Both the position numbers and the translations under genes were made by a program. 64,000 nucleotides of DNA from Bacteroidales bacterium. GTDB lineage: Bacteria; Bacteroidota; Bacteroidia; Bacteroidales; P3. A model generated the notes under the pieces. That model did no database searches, had not been told where the DNA came from, and saw only the letters and a program-made list of their open reading frames with translations. The stretch is from contig JAFTFL010000008.1 of the NCBI GenBank assembly GCA_017449525.1, positions 1,864 to 65,863 of the forward strand. Reading direction: 5' to 3'. Below are positions 27,333 to 36,790 of this stretch, piece after piece (within the stretch, counting starts at the first letter, position 1; each line of letters begins with the position of its first letter).

Positions 27333-29624
27333 CTATTCGGCAGCAGAAGCCGTCGTCTGGTTGAGCAGGTGGGCGGCCGAGTCTACGGGCTGTAGCGTGT
27401 AGGGCAACAGGCGGCGCATGTCGGGGCTGAGGGTGCCGTAGTAGTTCTGCAAGGCGGCTATGCGGCTGCGCAGCTGTGTCTCTACCTCCGGGCGTGGTGC
27501 GCCGATGGTGCGGTAGGTGGCCGTGATGTGGGCTGCAGTGGGGAGAGAACCGATGTGGCCTATGGGGACGCGTGCCAGCAGACTGTCGAGCATGGTGCGG
27601 CAGCTGTCGGGCGCGTGGATGGCCATGGCGCGGGCGGCCTGCAGGGCGGCTTGGGCGTAGAGGTCGGTGAAGTGCTGCCCCACGTTGTCGGGCGCAGTGG
27701 CGCGGGTGCCACAGCGGAACGAGCCGTGAGTCAGCAGTCTATAGACTTCGCTGGGGAGTGGTTGGCGTGTGGTGTCGGGGCTGTAGCGCGCGGTGAAGAG
27801 CAGCGGCCGCAGGTGGGTTGATAGCTGCGGCGGACAGTAGTCCACGGCGTAGTCGGACACCTGCAGCGTGCGCCCAGCAGTGGTGCACAGGTCGATGAGT
27901 TCCCTTATGGAGTGCGCCACGGCATGGTAGGGCTGTTGCCAGGCGGCTGGCACGTCGAGCCCTTGACGGTGCAGCTGTGCAGCCAGCTGGGTGCGATACC
28001 AATCGGTTGCCAATAGGCTGATGTTCACTATCTGCACATCGCTTCGCACCCCCTCGACCTGCTGAATGTACCACAGCGGAAAGGTGTCGTTGTCGCCCAC
28101 GGTGAGCAGCACCGTTCTCTGGGGGCACTCCTCGAGGTGCGCACGCGCCACATCGCGCGCTGTGTAGCGGTGGGCGCGGTTGTGCGTAGGTAGGTTTTGT
28201 GCCCCCATCAGCAGGGGGATGCCCATGAGCAGCAGGGTGCAGGCTTGCCACCTGCTGCGCAGCCTGTTGCCGAGCGCCGTGGTGCCGATGCCCATCCACA
28301 GGCTGAAAGCATAGAAGGAGAGGACGTAGACATAGTCGCGCTCACGGGGTTCGACGGGGGGATGGTTCAGCACGAGTGCCAGCAGCAAACTCGAAGTAAG
28401 GAATAGTAGAAGGACCGCCCAAAAGTTGCGCCTGCTCATCGAGCGGTGGCTCAGCAGGCCTATGAGCCCCAACAGCAAGGGCAGCAGGAAGTAGGCCTGA
28501 CGACCCGACGCTGCGGGCTCGCCGGCCGGAGGGGTGGCACCGCTGCCCACCAGCAGGCGGTCTATTGGGGAGAGGCCGGTGATGAACTGGCCGTCCTGCA
28601 GCGAGCCGTAGCCTTGCCGGTGGTTGAAGCGGCCAGAGAAGTTCCACATGAAGTAGCGCAGGTACATGTAGCCTGCTTGGTAGGAGACAAAGTAGCGCAG
28701 GTTGGCGACAGGCTCGGTGCGCGACGTGAGGGGCTGCCCAGCCCAATAGGCATAGAGCTGCTCGTCGCCCTCGTGGTCGCGCCACAGGCGGGGATAGAGC
28801 GGGGCGTGCTCGTACTGCTCACGGCCGAGGTAGGCCTTCAGCCGCTGCGGAGTGGAGGGGTCGCCCTCGTTCAGCGGAGGATTGGCGGCGGCGCATATGG
28901 GGATCACGAGGTAGGTGCTGCATCCCAATAGCAGCAGCCCCACTCCCAGAGCCCACGTGCGCCACTCGGCACGGCTCACCCCTCCGCGGCCACGGCCGCA
29001 GAGGTAGAGCAGCAGCAGGGTCGGCACGCAAAGCAGCGGCAGCAGATGCACTCCGACCGAGAGCCCCAACAGCAAGGCCGTCAGCAGCAACCATCGGGAA
29101 CGGCCAGCCACGCGCGGTGCTCTGACCCACCGCATCATGCTCCACAGCACCGCTCCGGCCATGCAGACCGACAGGCTGTACACTTCGCTCTCCACCGCCG
29201 AGAACCACGCCGTGTCGCTCCAGGCAAAAGCGAGAGATGCCACAGCTCCTGCAGCCCATCGCACCACGGTCGGGGTGCGGCGAGGCGTCATCAGCTGCAC
29301 GATGCGGCACAGAAAGTAGGCTGCCCCACCTCCGGCCACAGCCGAAAGCAGGTTGCTCCACCACGCGGCGCGCTCGGCACTGCCAGCGAGGAGCATCAGC
29401 ACGTGAGCAAGAAGTGTGTAGAGGGGTGCACCCGACGGATGCCCCACTTGAAGCCACCGCGAGGTGGCGATGAACTCACCGCAGTCCCAAAAACTGGCGG
29501 TGGGCTCGAGAGTCAGTACGTAAGTGAGCCCTGCGACCAAGCCACAGAGGGCGGCCACAGCGCAGTCGGCACGGTGCCACAGCGGCGAAGGTCGCCGACG
29601 AGTGTTGCGGCATGCGGCCTCCAT
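27333..29624 (-). CDS. DUF2723 family polytopic membrane protein (putative glycosyltransferase-like)
   Basis: N-terminal LEPTASFWDCGEFIATSRWLQVGHPSGAPLY is the DUF2723 signature. About 12 TM segments precede a soluble C-terminal part. Confidence 0.8.
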   Translation of the reverse strand: MEAACRNTRRRPSPLWHRADCAVAALCGLVAGLTYVLTLEPTASFWDCGEFIATSRWLQVGHPSGAPLYTLLAHVLMLLAGSAERAAWWSNLLSAVAGGGAAYFLCRIVQLMTPRRTPTVVRWAAGAVASLAFAWSDTAWFSAVESEVYSLSVCMAGAVLWSMMRWVRAPRVAGRSRWLLLTALLLGLSVGVHLLPLLCVPTLLLLYLCGRGRGGVSRAEWRTWALGVGLLLLGCSTYLVIPICAAANPPLNEGDPSTPQRLKAYLGREQYEHAPLYPRLWRDHEGDEQLYAYWAGQPLTSRTEPVANLRYFVSYQAGYMYLRYFMWNFSGRFNHRQGYGSLQDGQFITGLSPIDRLLVGSGATPPAGEPAASGRQAYFLLPLLLGLIGLLSHRSMSRRNFWAVLLLFLTSSLLLALVLNHPPVEPRERDYVYVLSFYAFSLWMGIGTTALGNRLRSRWQACTLLLMGIPLLMGAQNLPTHNRAHRYTARDVARAHLEECPQRTVLLTVGDNDTFPLWYIQQVEGVRSDVQIVNISLLATDWYRTQLAAQLHRQGLDVPAAWQQPYHAVAHSIRELIDLCTTAGRTLQVSDYAVDYCPPQLSTHLRPLLFTARYSPDTTRQPLPSEVYRLLTHGSFRCGTRATAPDNVGQHFTDLYAQAALQAARAMAIHAPDSCRTMLDSLLARVPIGHIGSLPTAAHITATYRTIGAPRPEVETQLRSRIAALQNYYGTLSPDMRRLLPYTLQPVDSAAHLLNQTTASAAE

Positions 29625-30167
29625 CTACCAGTTCACCACCGACTTGTTGAACACGTCCTCGCACAGCTCTTCCACGATCTGTTCCACCAGGCTGTTCTCT
29701 ACGGCCGAAAAGTCGAGCTGCGCGTTGTAATCTTTATAACGGGTAAAGGCCTGATTGAAGTCGGCCTTGGGGTCGATGCGGTTGACAAATTTCACCTTGA
29801 TAGTAACGCTGAGACGGTTCATGGACACCTGGTCGCTGCTTGACAGCGCAGAGGCGCGTGTCTCATAGGCTGTGATTTCACCCGTAACGCTCAGGTCACC
29901 TTCGTCGTCGGCACCAGAGACGGTGAGCGATGTCTGTGAGGCAAACATGTTGCGCAGCCCGTCGCTGAGCTTCTGACTCAGTTGGGGGTTGACAGTCGAG
30001 GCGTAGTTGGGAAATGTGCCTACCGTTATTGTTTTGGCCTCCGGCGGAATGGAAGCGCCGGTGAAAGAGTAGCCTCCCACGCAGCCGACCGTTGCGAAGC
30101 AGACGGCTACGACGAGCGACCACAGCCACCCCAGACGTGCGGACTTAGATGTTGTGGCTGTCTTCAT
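29625..30167 (-). CDS. lptE: LptE-family LPS-assembly lipoprotein
   Basis: Lipobox FATVGC, then GGYSFTGASIPPEAKTITVGTFPN, the Bacteroidota LptE pattern. It directly abuts the downstream gene. Confidence 0.7.
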   Translation of the reverse strand: MKTATTSKSARLGWLWSLVVAVCFATVGCVGGYSFTGASIPPEAKTITVGTFPNYASTVNPQLSQKLSDGLRNMFASQTSLTVSGADDEGDLSVTGEITAYETRASALSSSDQVSMNRLSVTIKVKFVNRIDPKADFNQAFTRYKDYNAQLDFSAVENSLVEQIVEELCEDVFNKSVVNW

Positions 30168-30315
30168 CGATGTGCATCTCGTCGCTCAGTTGCCACAGCA
30201 TGAATGCAGCTTGCTGCTCCATGTAGTTCAAGATGTCCACCTTAATCGTAAGGTTGTTGATGGCTGCCACTTCGCTGACGAGGGCATCGATTTTCTGCTT
30301 GAAGTTGTTGTCCAT
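30145..30315 (-). CDS. Small hypothetical protein (56 aa)
   Basis: ATG at 30315 (MDNNFKQKIDALVSEV...). It overlaps the lptE start by 23 nt. Only ORF context supports it. Confidence 0.4.
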   Translation of the reverse strand: MDNNFKQKIDALVSEVAAINNLTIKVDILNYMEQQAAFMLWQLSDEMHIDEDSHNI

Positions 30316-30410
30316 AACAGTAGGTAGGTTGAATATGTACGTTGCGTTGCCTTGCAGCGCAGGGGGTGCAAGGCAGGGATGTAACGCTCGGAGGTTGTAA
30401 TTATTGCTTG

Positions 30411-31070
30411 TCAACCCTCAATGGCGATGACCGGTGCGGCTCCCTGCACCAGAAAGGCGCGGCCGGTGGCGGGCTCTACGCAGTGGTAGCGAGTGCGCCG
30501 ACGCTGCACCGAGCGCAGCACCATGTGTGGATGATTGCGCAACACGAAGAGGCTTCCCTCGGGAAGGTCGGCCAGAGTGAGTTGTTGTTGAGGGTTATAG
30601 TCGGGGTCGAAGCTACGGAGCAGTCGTTCCAGTTGTTGGCCAGTGGCGCGGTGGAGGGGCAACCGTGCCGTGTAGCGTCGCAGCAGCGCGTCAGCTTCGG
30701 TGGGGAAAGCTCCGAGCGAGTGGTAGTGCGCCAGCAGCTGCACATAGTGGCGTGCCCACTCCGCCCCGTGGGGGCGCACACTGCGGCCGTAGTCCACGAA
30801 GGTGAGCAGGTGAGCCACCTCGTGGAGTAGCACGAGGAGAAACATGTAGGGGTTGAGGTCGCCGTTGATTGTGATGGTGTGTCGCGGATGGTCAGGGGAG
30901 GGGAAGCGGTAGTCGCCCAGTTTGCTGACGCGTGCACGGGTAACGACGAGGCGCACGCCGTGATGTTTGAGTGTGCTGGTCAGCTCGTCGACAGCGGTGG
31001 CTGGCACATAGTTAGCCAGTCGGCTGTGGGAGGGGGCGCTTTCAACTGTCATACTGCAGGGTGTCGGCAC
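30411..31070 (-). CDS. SprT-like zinc metalloprotease domain protein
   Basis: HExxH in LLVLLHEVAHLLTF followed by HGAEW. The start could instead be at 31052. Confidence 0.7.
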   Translation of the reverse strand: MPTPCSMTVESAPSHSRLANYVPATAVDELTSTLKHHGVRLVVTRARVSKLGDYRFPSPDHPRHTITINGDLNPYMFLLVLLHEVAHLLTFVDYGRSVRPHGAEWARHYVQLLAHYHSLGAFPTEADALLRRYTARLPLHRATGQQLERLLRSFDPDYNPQQQLTLADLPEGSLFVLRNHPHMVLRSVQRRRTRYHCVEPATGRAFLVQGAAPVIAIEG

Positions 31071-31224
31071 TACGCTCTTGGGGCATCGCCTGGCCGAAGG
31101 TAGGACAATTGCAGTTGCGCGACTTGCGGTGTTTCGGCATGTGTACCCCCTTGGGGCTGCACGCCGTGGCGGCGAGTAGCGTGGCCGTCAGCAGGACGAG
31201 GAGTGGGAACTTGCTTCGTTTCAT
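31042..31224 (-). CDS. Small basic lipoprotein (60 aa)
   Basis: MKRSKFPLLVLLTATLLAATAC lipobox. A promoter box lies immediately upstream. Confidence 0.5.
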   Translation of the reverse strand: MKRSKFPLLVLLTATLLAATACSPKGVHMPKHRKSRNCNCPTFGQAMPQERSADTLQYDS

Positions 31225-31246
31225 GTGGGGCATAACGCAATTGGCA

Positions 31247-31254
31247 CAAAAATA
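31247..31254 (-). promoter_or_regulatory. -7 promoter box (TATTTTTG on the minus strand)
   Basis: The plus strand reads CAAAAATA, 23 nt upstream of the ATG at 31224. Confidence 0.45.
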
Positions 31255-31336
31255 TTGAGCCTCGCGCCGTGGGGCAGTGTCGGGATGAGGCGTAGGAGCG
31301 TGTGGTGCCTTGGCGAAGAAGCGGAGACAGAAAAGA

Positions 31337-31372
31337 GAGGTGGCGACAGCCTTTTTGTGCTGTCGCCACCTC
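31337..31372 (-). terminator. Hairpin terminator after the giant T9SS gene
   Basis: 13-bp perfect stem GAGGTGGCGACAG / CTGTCGCCACCTC followed by TCTCTTTTCTG on the minus strand. Confidence 0.75.
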
Positions 31373-31398
31373 CAAAGATTGCTGTGAGAAGAATTGTG

Positions 31399-34300
31399 CT
31401 ATTGCACGATGTAGCGTTTCACCGTGCTACCACTACGGGTGAGGAGCTGCACCATGTAGGCTCCGCGCTCGAGGGTGGTGGGCAGCGCATGGCTGGTGGT
31501 GCCTGTTGGCAGCAGAACGGTGTGGCAGCAGCGGCCGGTCATGTCGATGATGCGCAGTTCCACGGGACCGTCGGTAGCAGCGAGGCGCAGCACGGCTACT
31601 CCACGCGAGGGGTTGGGGCTAATCTGCCAGCTCAAGGAGCTTTCGCCCATCGGAATGTTGCCCGTTGCGTAAGCATCGATGCTGAAACGTGCCACGGCCG
31701 AACGTGCCAAGCTGTCGCACAGACGGGTGATGTACACGTCGTATGCCTCGTCGGGCTGTAGGCCTGTGAGGGTGATGGCGGTCGAGTCGGTAACGAGGGT
31801 TGTACCCTCATCGCCGATGAAGCCCTGTGGGCCATAGATGACCTCGTACTGCGCATCGCCAGTAGCCGAACTCCATTGCACCCGTGCTGTAGTGGCTTGG
31901 CGCGTCAGCACCTCGAAGCCAGCCGGTGTGGCGCACTCTTCGGTGGCGAAGGTCAGTGCGTCGCTCCATGCCGATGGTGCGCCTTCGGTGGGCAGGTTGC
32001 GCACGTAGACGGTGTAGGTGGTGCTGGACAGCAGGCCAGTGATGTGGGCCGTCGTGTCGTTGACGACAAGGCGAGGAGCGGTGGTGTCGCTGGGTTGGAA
32101 GGAGGGCAAACTGGAGTAGGTCAGTTCATAGCGACCAGTCGAGCAGCCGTCGGTCCAGGCAAGTGTGGCGCGCCCTGGCAGGGTGGCGACTATGCGCAGA
32201 GCCACTGGCTGGCACTCGGTGTTGGCCTGCAGGGTGCTGTACAGTGTGTCGTCGGTGCAGATGCGGCCGAGGGCGATCTCGTAGGTCGTGGAGGGTTGCA
32301 GGTTGCTGAGCACGTAGCGGGCAGCGGTGACGTTGGGTGCCGATGTCCACAGACTGTCGCCTTCGCGGCGATAGCGTACCACGACGGTGTCTTCGCTCTC
32401 GAAGTCGGCAATGCTTAGCAGGGCAGTGGTCAGCGTGGTGCTGTCCAGCTGTACTGAAGGAGCTGTGCAGACATAGCTGTCGCACGTCAGCAGTTTCATG
32501 TTGGCGCGGTAGGACTGCGTGTTGCCGTTCTGTGGACTGTCCATACGGAAGCCCGTGTAGTCATTCTTATAGTTATAAGCGAGGTAGGAGCCTGTGGTGT
32601 TCGTAACGACATACTTGTAGCCACTGCCGTCGAGGGCGTTGTTGCTGTCCAGCACGGCGATGACCAAACTGCTTATGCCGTCATAGCGAAAGACGGAGTC
32701 GAGGCTGTACTCGTTCCAACCAGTCGTGGCCGTTATGGAGCCGGTGTAGACCAGTTGCAGACTGTCCATGCTGACCCACTTTAGGGTGCTGTTGAACGTA
32801 CTGCGCGACACGTTGCCCATGTAGATTTTGCAACTGCTTTTCGAGGTGGAGGGCGTAGTGGATTGGTACTGGAAGGCTATGGTGTTGATGTCTTGTGGGC
32901 CGTTCATCTCGTTGGCCAATACCAGCTGTTGTGTATAGCTATACTTATAATAGGTGGCCACTGGCAGGTCGTTTTGTCCAGTGGTGCTCTCGGCATTGCC
33001 AACCATGACGCCCGTGCCGACGCACATGGTGGTGAAGTCCACCGAGTCGGCAGCGGTTATGGTGCCGTTGCAGAGGGCTTCCACAATGGCGGTGTAGTCG
33101 GTGTAGCCCTGCAGACCAGCCAGGTGGAAAGTGTTGGCCGTGGTGGTGTAGGTGCGGGAGCGTCCGGCCGAGAGCAGCCGTATGCGGTAGGTGGCGCTCT
33201 GCAGTGCTGGGGCGGCCGTCCAGCTGAGGGTGGCCTCGCTGCCTTCGGCGGCTACCTCCAGATTGCGCAACTCGTCGGTACAGGTCGGCATGGGGCTGAC
33301 CTCAATGTCATCGATATAGATTTGGTAGCTGCTGGCCGTGCCAGTGTAGTGGGTGCGGAAAGCGATGTAGCGGCCTACGCCGTTGTAGTTGGTAAAGCCC
33401 TGCTCAAAGCGTTGCCACGTACTGCTTGTGCTCGGCGAGAATAGGCCCATGGGGGTGAAAGACGACGTGTCGTAGGGCGATGTCATTACGCCTACCTCCA
33501 CCGACAGTGGTTGTGCGTGGGTGCGGTCCAGGTAGAAAGAAACCTTCAGCGAGGTAATTGCATCCTCGAAGGCTGGCATTACGAGGTAGGAGGGCTGGTT
33601 GCCCTGGGTGGATGTACTACCGTAGCCGTGGTTTAGGTAAAGGCTGTTGCCCGATGTGCCGTGGTGGAAAGCAGCTGGATACGGGTAGCTGTGGTTGTTG
33701 GGCTCTACGAAGTAGCTCACCCAGCAGGGGTCTATCGTGGCTTGTGCTCCAGTCTGGTAGCTGTCAAAGTTCTCGATGTAGGGCAGTTGGCTGTGGGCTA
33801 TCGCGTCGCAGGCCGTTCTTACGCTGCCCTCCAGGTCGCGGCTGGTGTCGCCTGCTGCACACACGGCACGCACCTTCACGTAGTAGACGGTGCTGGCGAC
33901 CAGCGCGGGCAGTGTGGCCGATGTGGTGTTGACTATGAGGGGTGCACGATGGCTGTGGCCAAGGGTGAAGGGAACGGAGTCATACTGCACTTCGTAGGTC
34001 GAGGCGGTGCCGTTTGCACGCCATGAGATGGTGGCCGTTGCGGCTGTCGTGGCTACGACGTTGAGGTCGGTCGGCTTGGGACAAGTGGGTAACAGGTCCA
34101 CGTCTACATTATCGACGTACAAGGCCCAGCCTGAAGAGCTATTACTGCTCTGCGTGCGCAGTCCTACATAACGGCCTGAGCCGTGATAGCCCGCAAGGGA
34201 GACTTCGAAGTGCTGCCAGGTGCGGGTGGTGGTTGGGCGGCAGGTGGCTATGGGGGTGAACGATGTGGTGTCTGCGGGGTCAGTCATGACGCCCACTTGC

Positions 34301-36426
34301 AGAGCCGTGTTGGCGTTGTCAATGTTGAGGTCGAAGGCCACCTGTAGTTGGTTCACGCTGTCCTCAAAGAGGGGCAGCAGGGCGTAGGCCGCCTGGGTTT
34401 GATTGCCGTGGTAGAGGTACAGGCTGTTGCTGCCCGACAGGGCGCGCATGCTCGAGGCGTAGGGCATGTTGGAGTAGTACGATACGCCGTAGAAGTTGAA
34501 GCGCGTCCAGCAGGGACTAAATGTACCACTGTTGCCAGTCTGGTAGGCATCAAAGTTTTCGCGGAAGGGCAACTCGGCGCGGCTGATGGGCGCGCAGGAG
34601 GTGGTGAAGGTGCAGCTGACGGCTTCGCTCGTATCGCGTGTGCCACAGAAGGCGCGCAGTTGCACATGGTAGGTAGTGTTGGGGCGCAGACCCGACAGCA
34701 CCGTTACGGTGTCGGGTTCCAGCAGGGCGGTTCCCAGGCGAGTGCCCGGGGTGAACGAGGCTGTGTCGTATTCAACTACGTAGCGCATGACCTGGCGCGT
34801 CGACCCCCAGCGCAGATGTGCCGAGGTGGAGGTGGTGCTGTCGGCTACTACAAAGGTCGGGCGAGGGCAAGAGGGCATCACGTGCACATCCACCTCGTCT
34901 ACGTAGATGGGATAGTTGTAGGTACCGCTGAGCAGCAGGGTGCGGAAAGCGATGTAGCGCCCGTTGCCGGTGTAGGAACCGAAGTCGGTCGTACACTCGT
35001 GCCACGTCAGCGTAGCGGGTTGGAAGGTGGCCACGGGCGTAAAGGTGGCCGTATCTGTGGGGTCTACCATCACACCCACTTGCATAGCGACGGCTGCTTG
35101 GTTGCGCAAAAGGTAAAAACTGAGCTGCAGGTTGTACAGGCTGTCATCGAACAGGGGCAGCACGGCGTACGCTGGCTCGCTGGCATAGCCGTGGCAGAAG
35201 TACAGCGCATTGCCGGCCGAGCCGTACCGGTAGTTGTTTTGCGGGTAGGGCACATAAGAGGTGGCAGTGGAATAGTAGTTGTACTTCAGCCAACAACTAC
35301 TGATGGAGGCCGATGCGCCCGTTTGGTAATTGTCGAACGACTCGTGGTAGGGCAAGGCGCTGTGGGGTACGGCGGCGCACGGGGTGGTGAACAGTGCCAC
35401 CGTAGCGGCTGAGCTGTCGGCAGTGCCACACAGGGTGCGAACCTCCACGCGGTAGTGCGTGGCAGGGGTGAGGGCTGTGAAGGGGGCCGTGGTGTCGCCC
35501 ACGATGATGCTGTAGCGCGACGTGTTGTTGTCGGTGTTGACGAGCGTGCAGCTGTAGCGCGTTGAGCCGCTCACAGGGTGCCAATGTGCCGAGGCCGAGG
35601 TGGTGCTGATGCCAGCAATCTGCACGGCCGTGGTGGCGTGGCAATTGACGGCTGGCATTGTGAACTCGTAGTAGCGGTTCTCGCCTGGATAGGCGTCGTT
35701 GTCGGCTGCCGTAGTGTTGTAGGCCACTTTGGAATGGGTGCCTGTGTTGATGGCCACCACGTCGGTCGGTGTGGAGGCGAAGCCCACTTGATACTCCCAA
35801 AGGTAGCCCAGCCAGTCGTCAATCATCTCATCCACATCGGCCGTGCCGTACACGTAGCAGATGGTGCCGTCCTCGCCCAGTTGTATCTGGTAGTTGATTT
35901 CGTCGTCCATGCAGCCAAAAGCATCTGCATACATTGATGAGTTGCAGCGCACTGTGATGCAGAGTACGCGGTGGGGTGCGGTGCCGACCACCTCGTATTT
36001 CACATAGTGGCCTGCACGGCTGTCGATAAAACCGTCCGTGGCCCAGGCGCACACGAAGGGCAGGTCGTTGGTGTCGGTCGTGAGCGAGTAGGTGTTGTCG
36101 AATGGGCTGCGCCAGTTCGAAGAGACCTGCTGCGGCCCCAGTCTCAGTCGGCCGTTGGTGCTGAAGGAGAACTGCGTGTAGTTGGCTCCACAGAAGGGGA
36201 AGGTGAATCCGATTGGGGTAACGGCGGTGCGACCCTCGTCCTCAACGGTGCGCGATGTGCCGGGGTACGAGGCGGTGAAGCTCATCGTGGTGGCCGACGA
36301 CGATGGGGTGCGCCACTTTGCCGCGTTGACACCAGTGGTGAAAGTGTAGGAGGCTGCCGATTGGGCTGTGCCCAGCAGAGGCAGCAGTAGGAGGAGCATC
36401 AGGGCTCCAAAGCGGTGTATTTTCAT
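31399..36426 (-). CDS. Giant T9SS-secreted surface protein (1675 aa) with FN3-like and choice-of-anchor-J-like repeat modules
   Basis: Start set at MKIHRFGALMLLLLLPLLGTAQ. The C-terminal ISPNPSRGVAVL...IIDMTGR...GAYMVQL is a T9SS CTD. Three tandem modules are present. Confidence 0.9.
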   Translation of the reverse strand: MKIHRFGALMLLLLLPLLGTAQSAASYTFTTGVNAAKWRTPSSSATTMSFTASYPGTSRTVEDEGRTAVTPIGFTFPFCGANYTQFSFSTNGRLRLGPQQVSSNWRSPFDNTYSLTTDTNDLPFVCAWATDGFIDSRAGHYVKYEVVGTAPHRVLCITVRCNSSMYADAFGCMDDEINYQIQLGEDGTICYVYGTADVDEMIDDWLGYLWEYQVGFASTPTDVVAINTGTHSKVAYNTTAADNDAYPGENRYYEFTMPAVNCHATTAVQIAGISTTSASAHWHPVSGSTRYSCTLVNTDNNTSRYSIIVGDTTAPFTALTPATHYRVEVRTLCGTADSSAATVALFTTPCAAVPHSALPYHESFDNYQTGASASISSCWLKYNYYSTATSYVPYPQNNYRYGSAGNALYFCHGYASEPAYAVLPLFDDSLYNLQLSFYLLRNQAAVAMQVGVMVDPTDTATFTPVATFQPATLTWHECTTDFGSYTGNGRYIAFRTLLLSGTYNYPIYVDEVDVHVMPSCPRPTFVVADSTTSTSAHLRWGSTRQVMRYVVEYDTASFTPGTRLGTALLEPDTVTVLSGLRPNTTYHVQLRAFCGTRDTSEAVSCTFTTSCAPISRAELPFRENFDAYQTGNSGTFSPCWTRFNFYGVSYYSNMPYASSMRALSGSNSLYLYHGNQTQAAYALLPLFEDSVNQLQVAFDLNIDNANTALQVGVMTDPADTTSFTPIATCRPTTTRTWQHFEVSLAGYHGSGRYVGLRTQSSNSSSGWALYVDNVDVDLLPTCPKPTDLNVVATTAATATISWRANGTASTYEVQYDSVPFTLGHSHRAPLIVNTTSATLPALVASTVYYVKVRAVCAAGDTSRDLEGSVRTACDAIAHSQLPYIENFDSYQTGAQATIDPCWVSYFVEPNNHSYPYPAAFHHGTSGNSLYLNHGYGSTSTQGNQPSYLVMPAFEDAITSLKVSFYLDRTHAQPLSVEVGVMTSPYDTSSFTPMGLFSPSTSSTWQRFEQGFTNYNGVGRYIAFRTHYTGTASSYQIYIDDIEVSPMPTCTDELRNLEVAAEGSEATLSWTAAPALQSATYRIRLLSAGRSRTYTTTANTFHLAGLQGYTDYTAIVEALCNGTITAADSVDFTTMCVGTGVMVGNAESTTGQNDLPVATYYKYSYTQQLVLANEMNGPQDINTIAFQYQSTTPSTSKSSCKIYMGNVSRSTFNSTLKWVSMDSLQLVYTGSITATTGWNEYSLDSVFRYDGISSLVIAVLDSNNALDGSGYKYVVTNTTGSYLAYNYKNDYTGFRMDSPQNGNTQSYRANMKLLTCDSYVCTAPSVQLDSTTLTTALLSIADFESEDTVVVRYRREGDSLWTSAPNVTAARYVLSNLQPSTTYEIALGRICTDDTLYSTLQANTECQPVALRIVATLPGRATLAWTDGCSTGRYELTYSSLPSFQPSDTTAPRLVVNDTTAHITGLLSSTTYTVYVRNLPTEGAPSAWSDALTFATEECATPAGFEVLTRQATTARVQWSSATGDAQYEVIYGPQGFIGDEGTTLVTDSTAITLTGLQPDEAYDVYITRLCDSLARSAVARFSIDAYATGNIPMGESSLSWQISPNPSRGVAVLRLAATDGPVELRIIDMTGRCCHTVLLPTGTTSHALPTTLERGAYMVQLLTRSGSTVKRYIVQ
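33280..35650 (-). repeat. Intragenic triplication: three ~262-aa modules within the giant T9SS protein
   Basis: Each module starts at a Cys (NCHATT / CPRPT / CPKPT). Each then contains FTT.C.....LP(Y/F).E.FD.YQTG......CW and ends in GRY(I/V)..RT....Y(V/I)D.(V/I).V...P. Confidence 0.8.
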
Positions 36427-36671
36427 AGTAATTGTGTGAATTGTATGATTTTTTGTTTGTGTCGTGGAGGGGTGTTGTGCTGCGGTTAGGGCAGCGGTGC
36501 CGTTGCTGTGGGCAAAATCGCCACTTGTGGGGATGCCTTTAGCCGCCACCGTTTCGGGTTGGTGTCGGTGCAACGAGCCAGTTTTGCGTCTTCGTCCTGC
36601 AGGTGCGAGGACAGCGATTTTTGTTTTGGAACAGAGCAGTTGTTCGTTCATCATGTGTGTCTTTCCACATG

Positions 36672-36679
36672 CAAAGTTA
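36672..36679 (-). promoter_or_regulatory. -7 promoter box (TAACTTTG on the minus strand) for the giant T9SS gene
   Basis: The plus strand reads ATGCAAAGTTAGG, ~245 nt upstream of the ATG at 36426. Confidence 0.5.
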
Positions 36680-36730
36680 GGTAAATGTAGTCTCCTGCAG
36701 AAGCCTTTCTACATCAAATCACCACAAATA

Positions 36731-36765
36731 GCGATGCCGTCACCTGCAGCAGGTGGCGGCATCGC
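36731..36765 (-). terminator. Hairpin terminator after the MFS gene
   Basis: 16-bp stem with one mismatch: GCGATGCCGTCACCTG / CAGGTGGCGGCATCGC. Confidence 0.6.
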
Positions 36766-36790
36766 CGAGGGGTATATGGGTGTGGGTTTC

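Noticed and set aside
27086-27402. 64- and 95-aa plus-strand ORFs downstream of the orphan promoter
   Set aside because: The recurring PYG/AVR peptides are simply CCGTACGG palindromes read in frame. One ORF starts at a TTG, and there is no coding-like composition.
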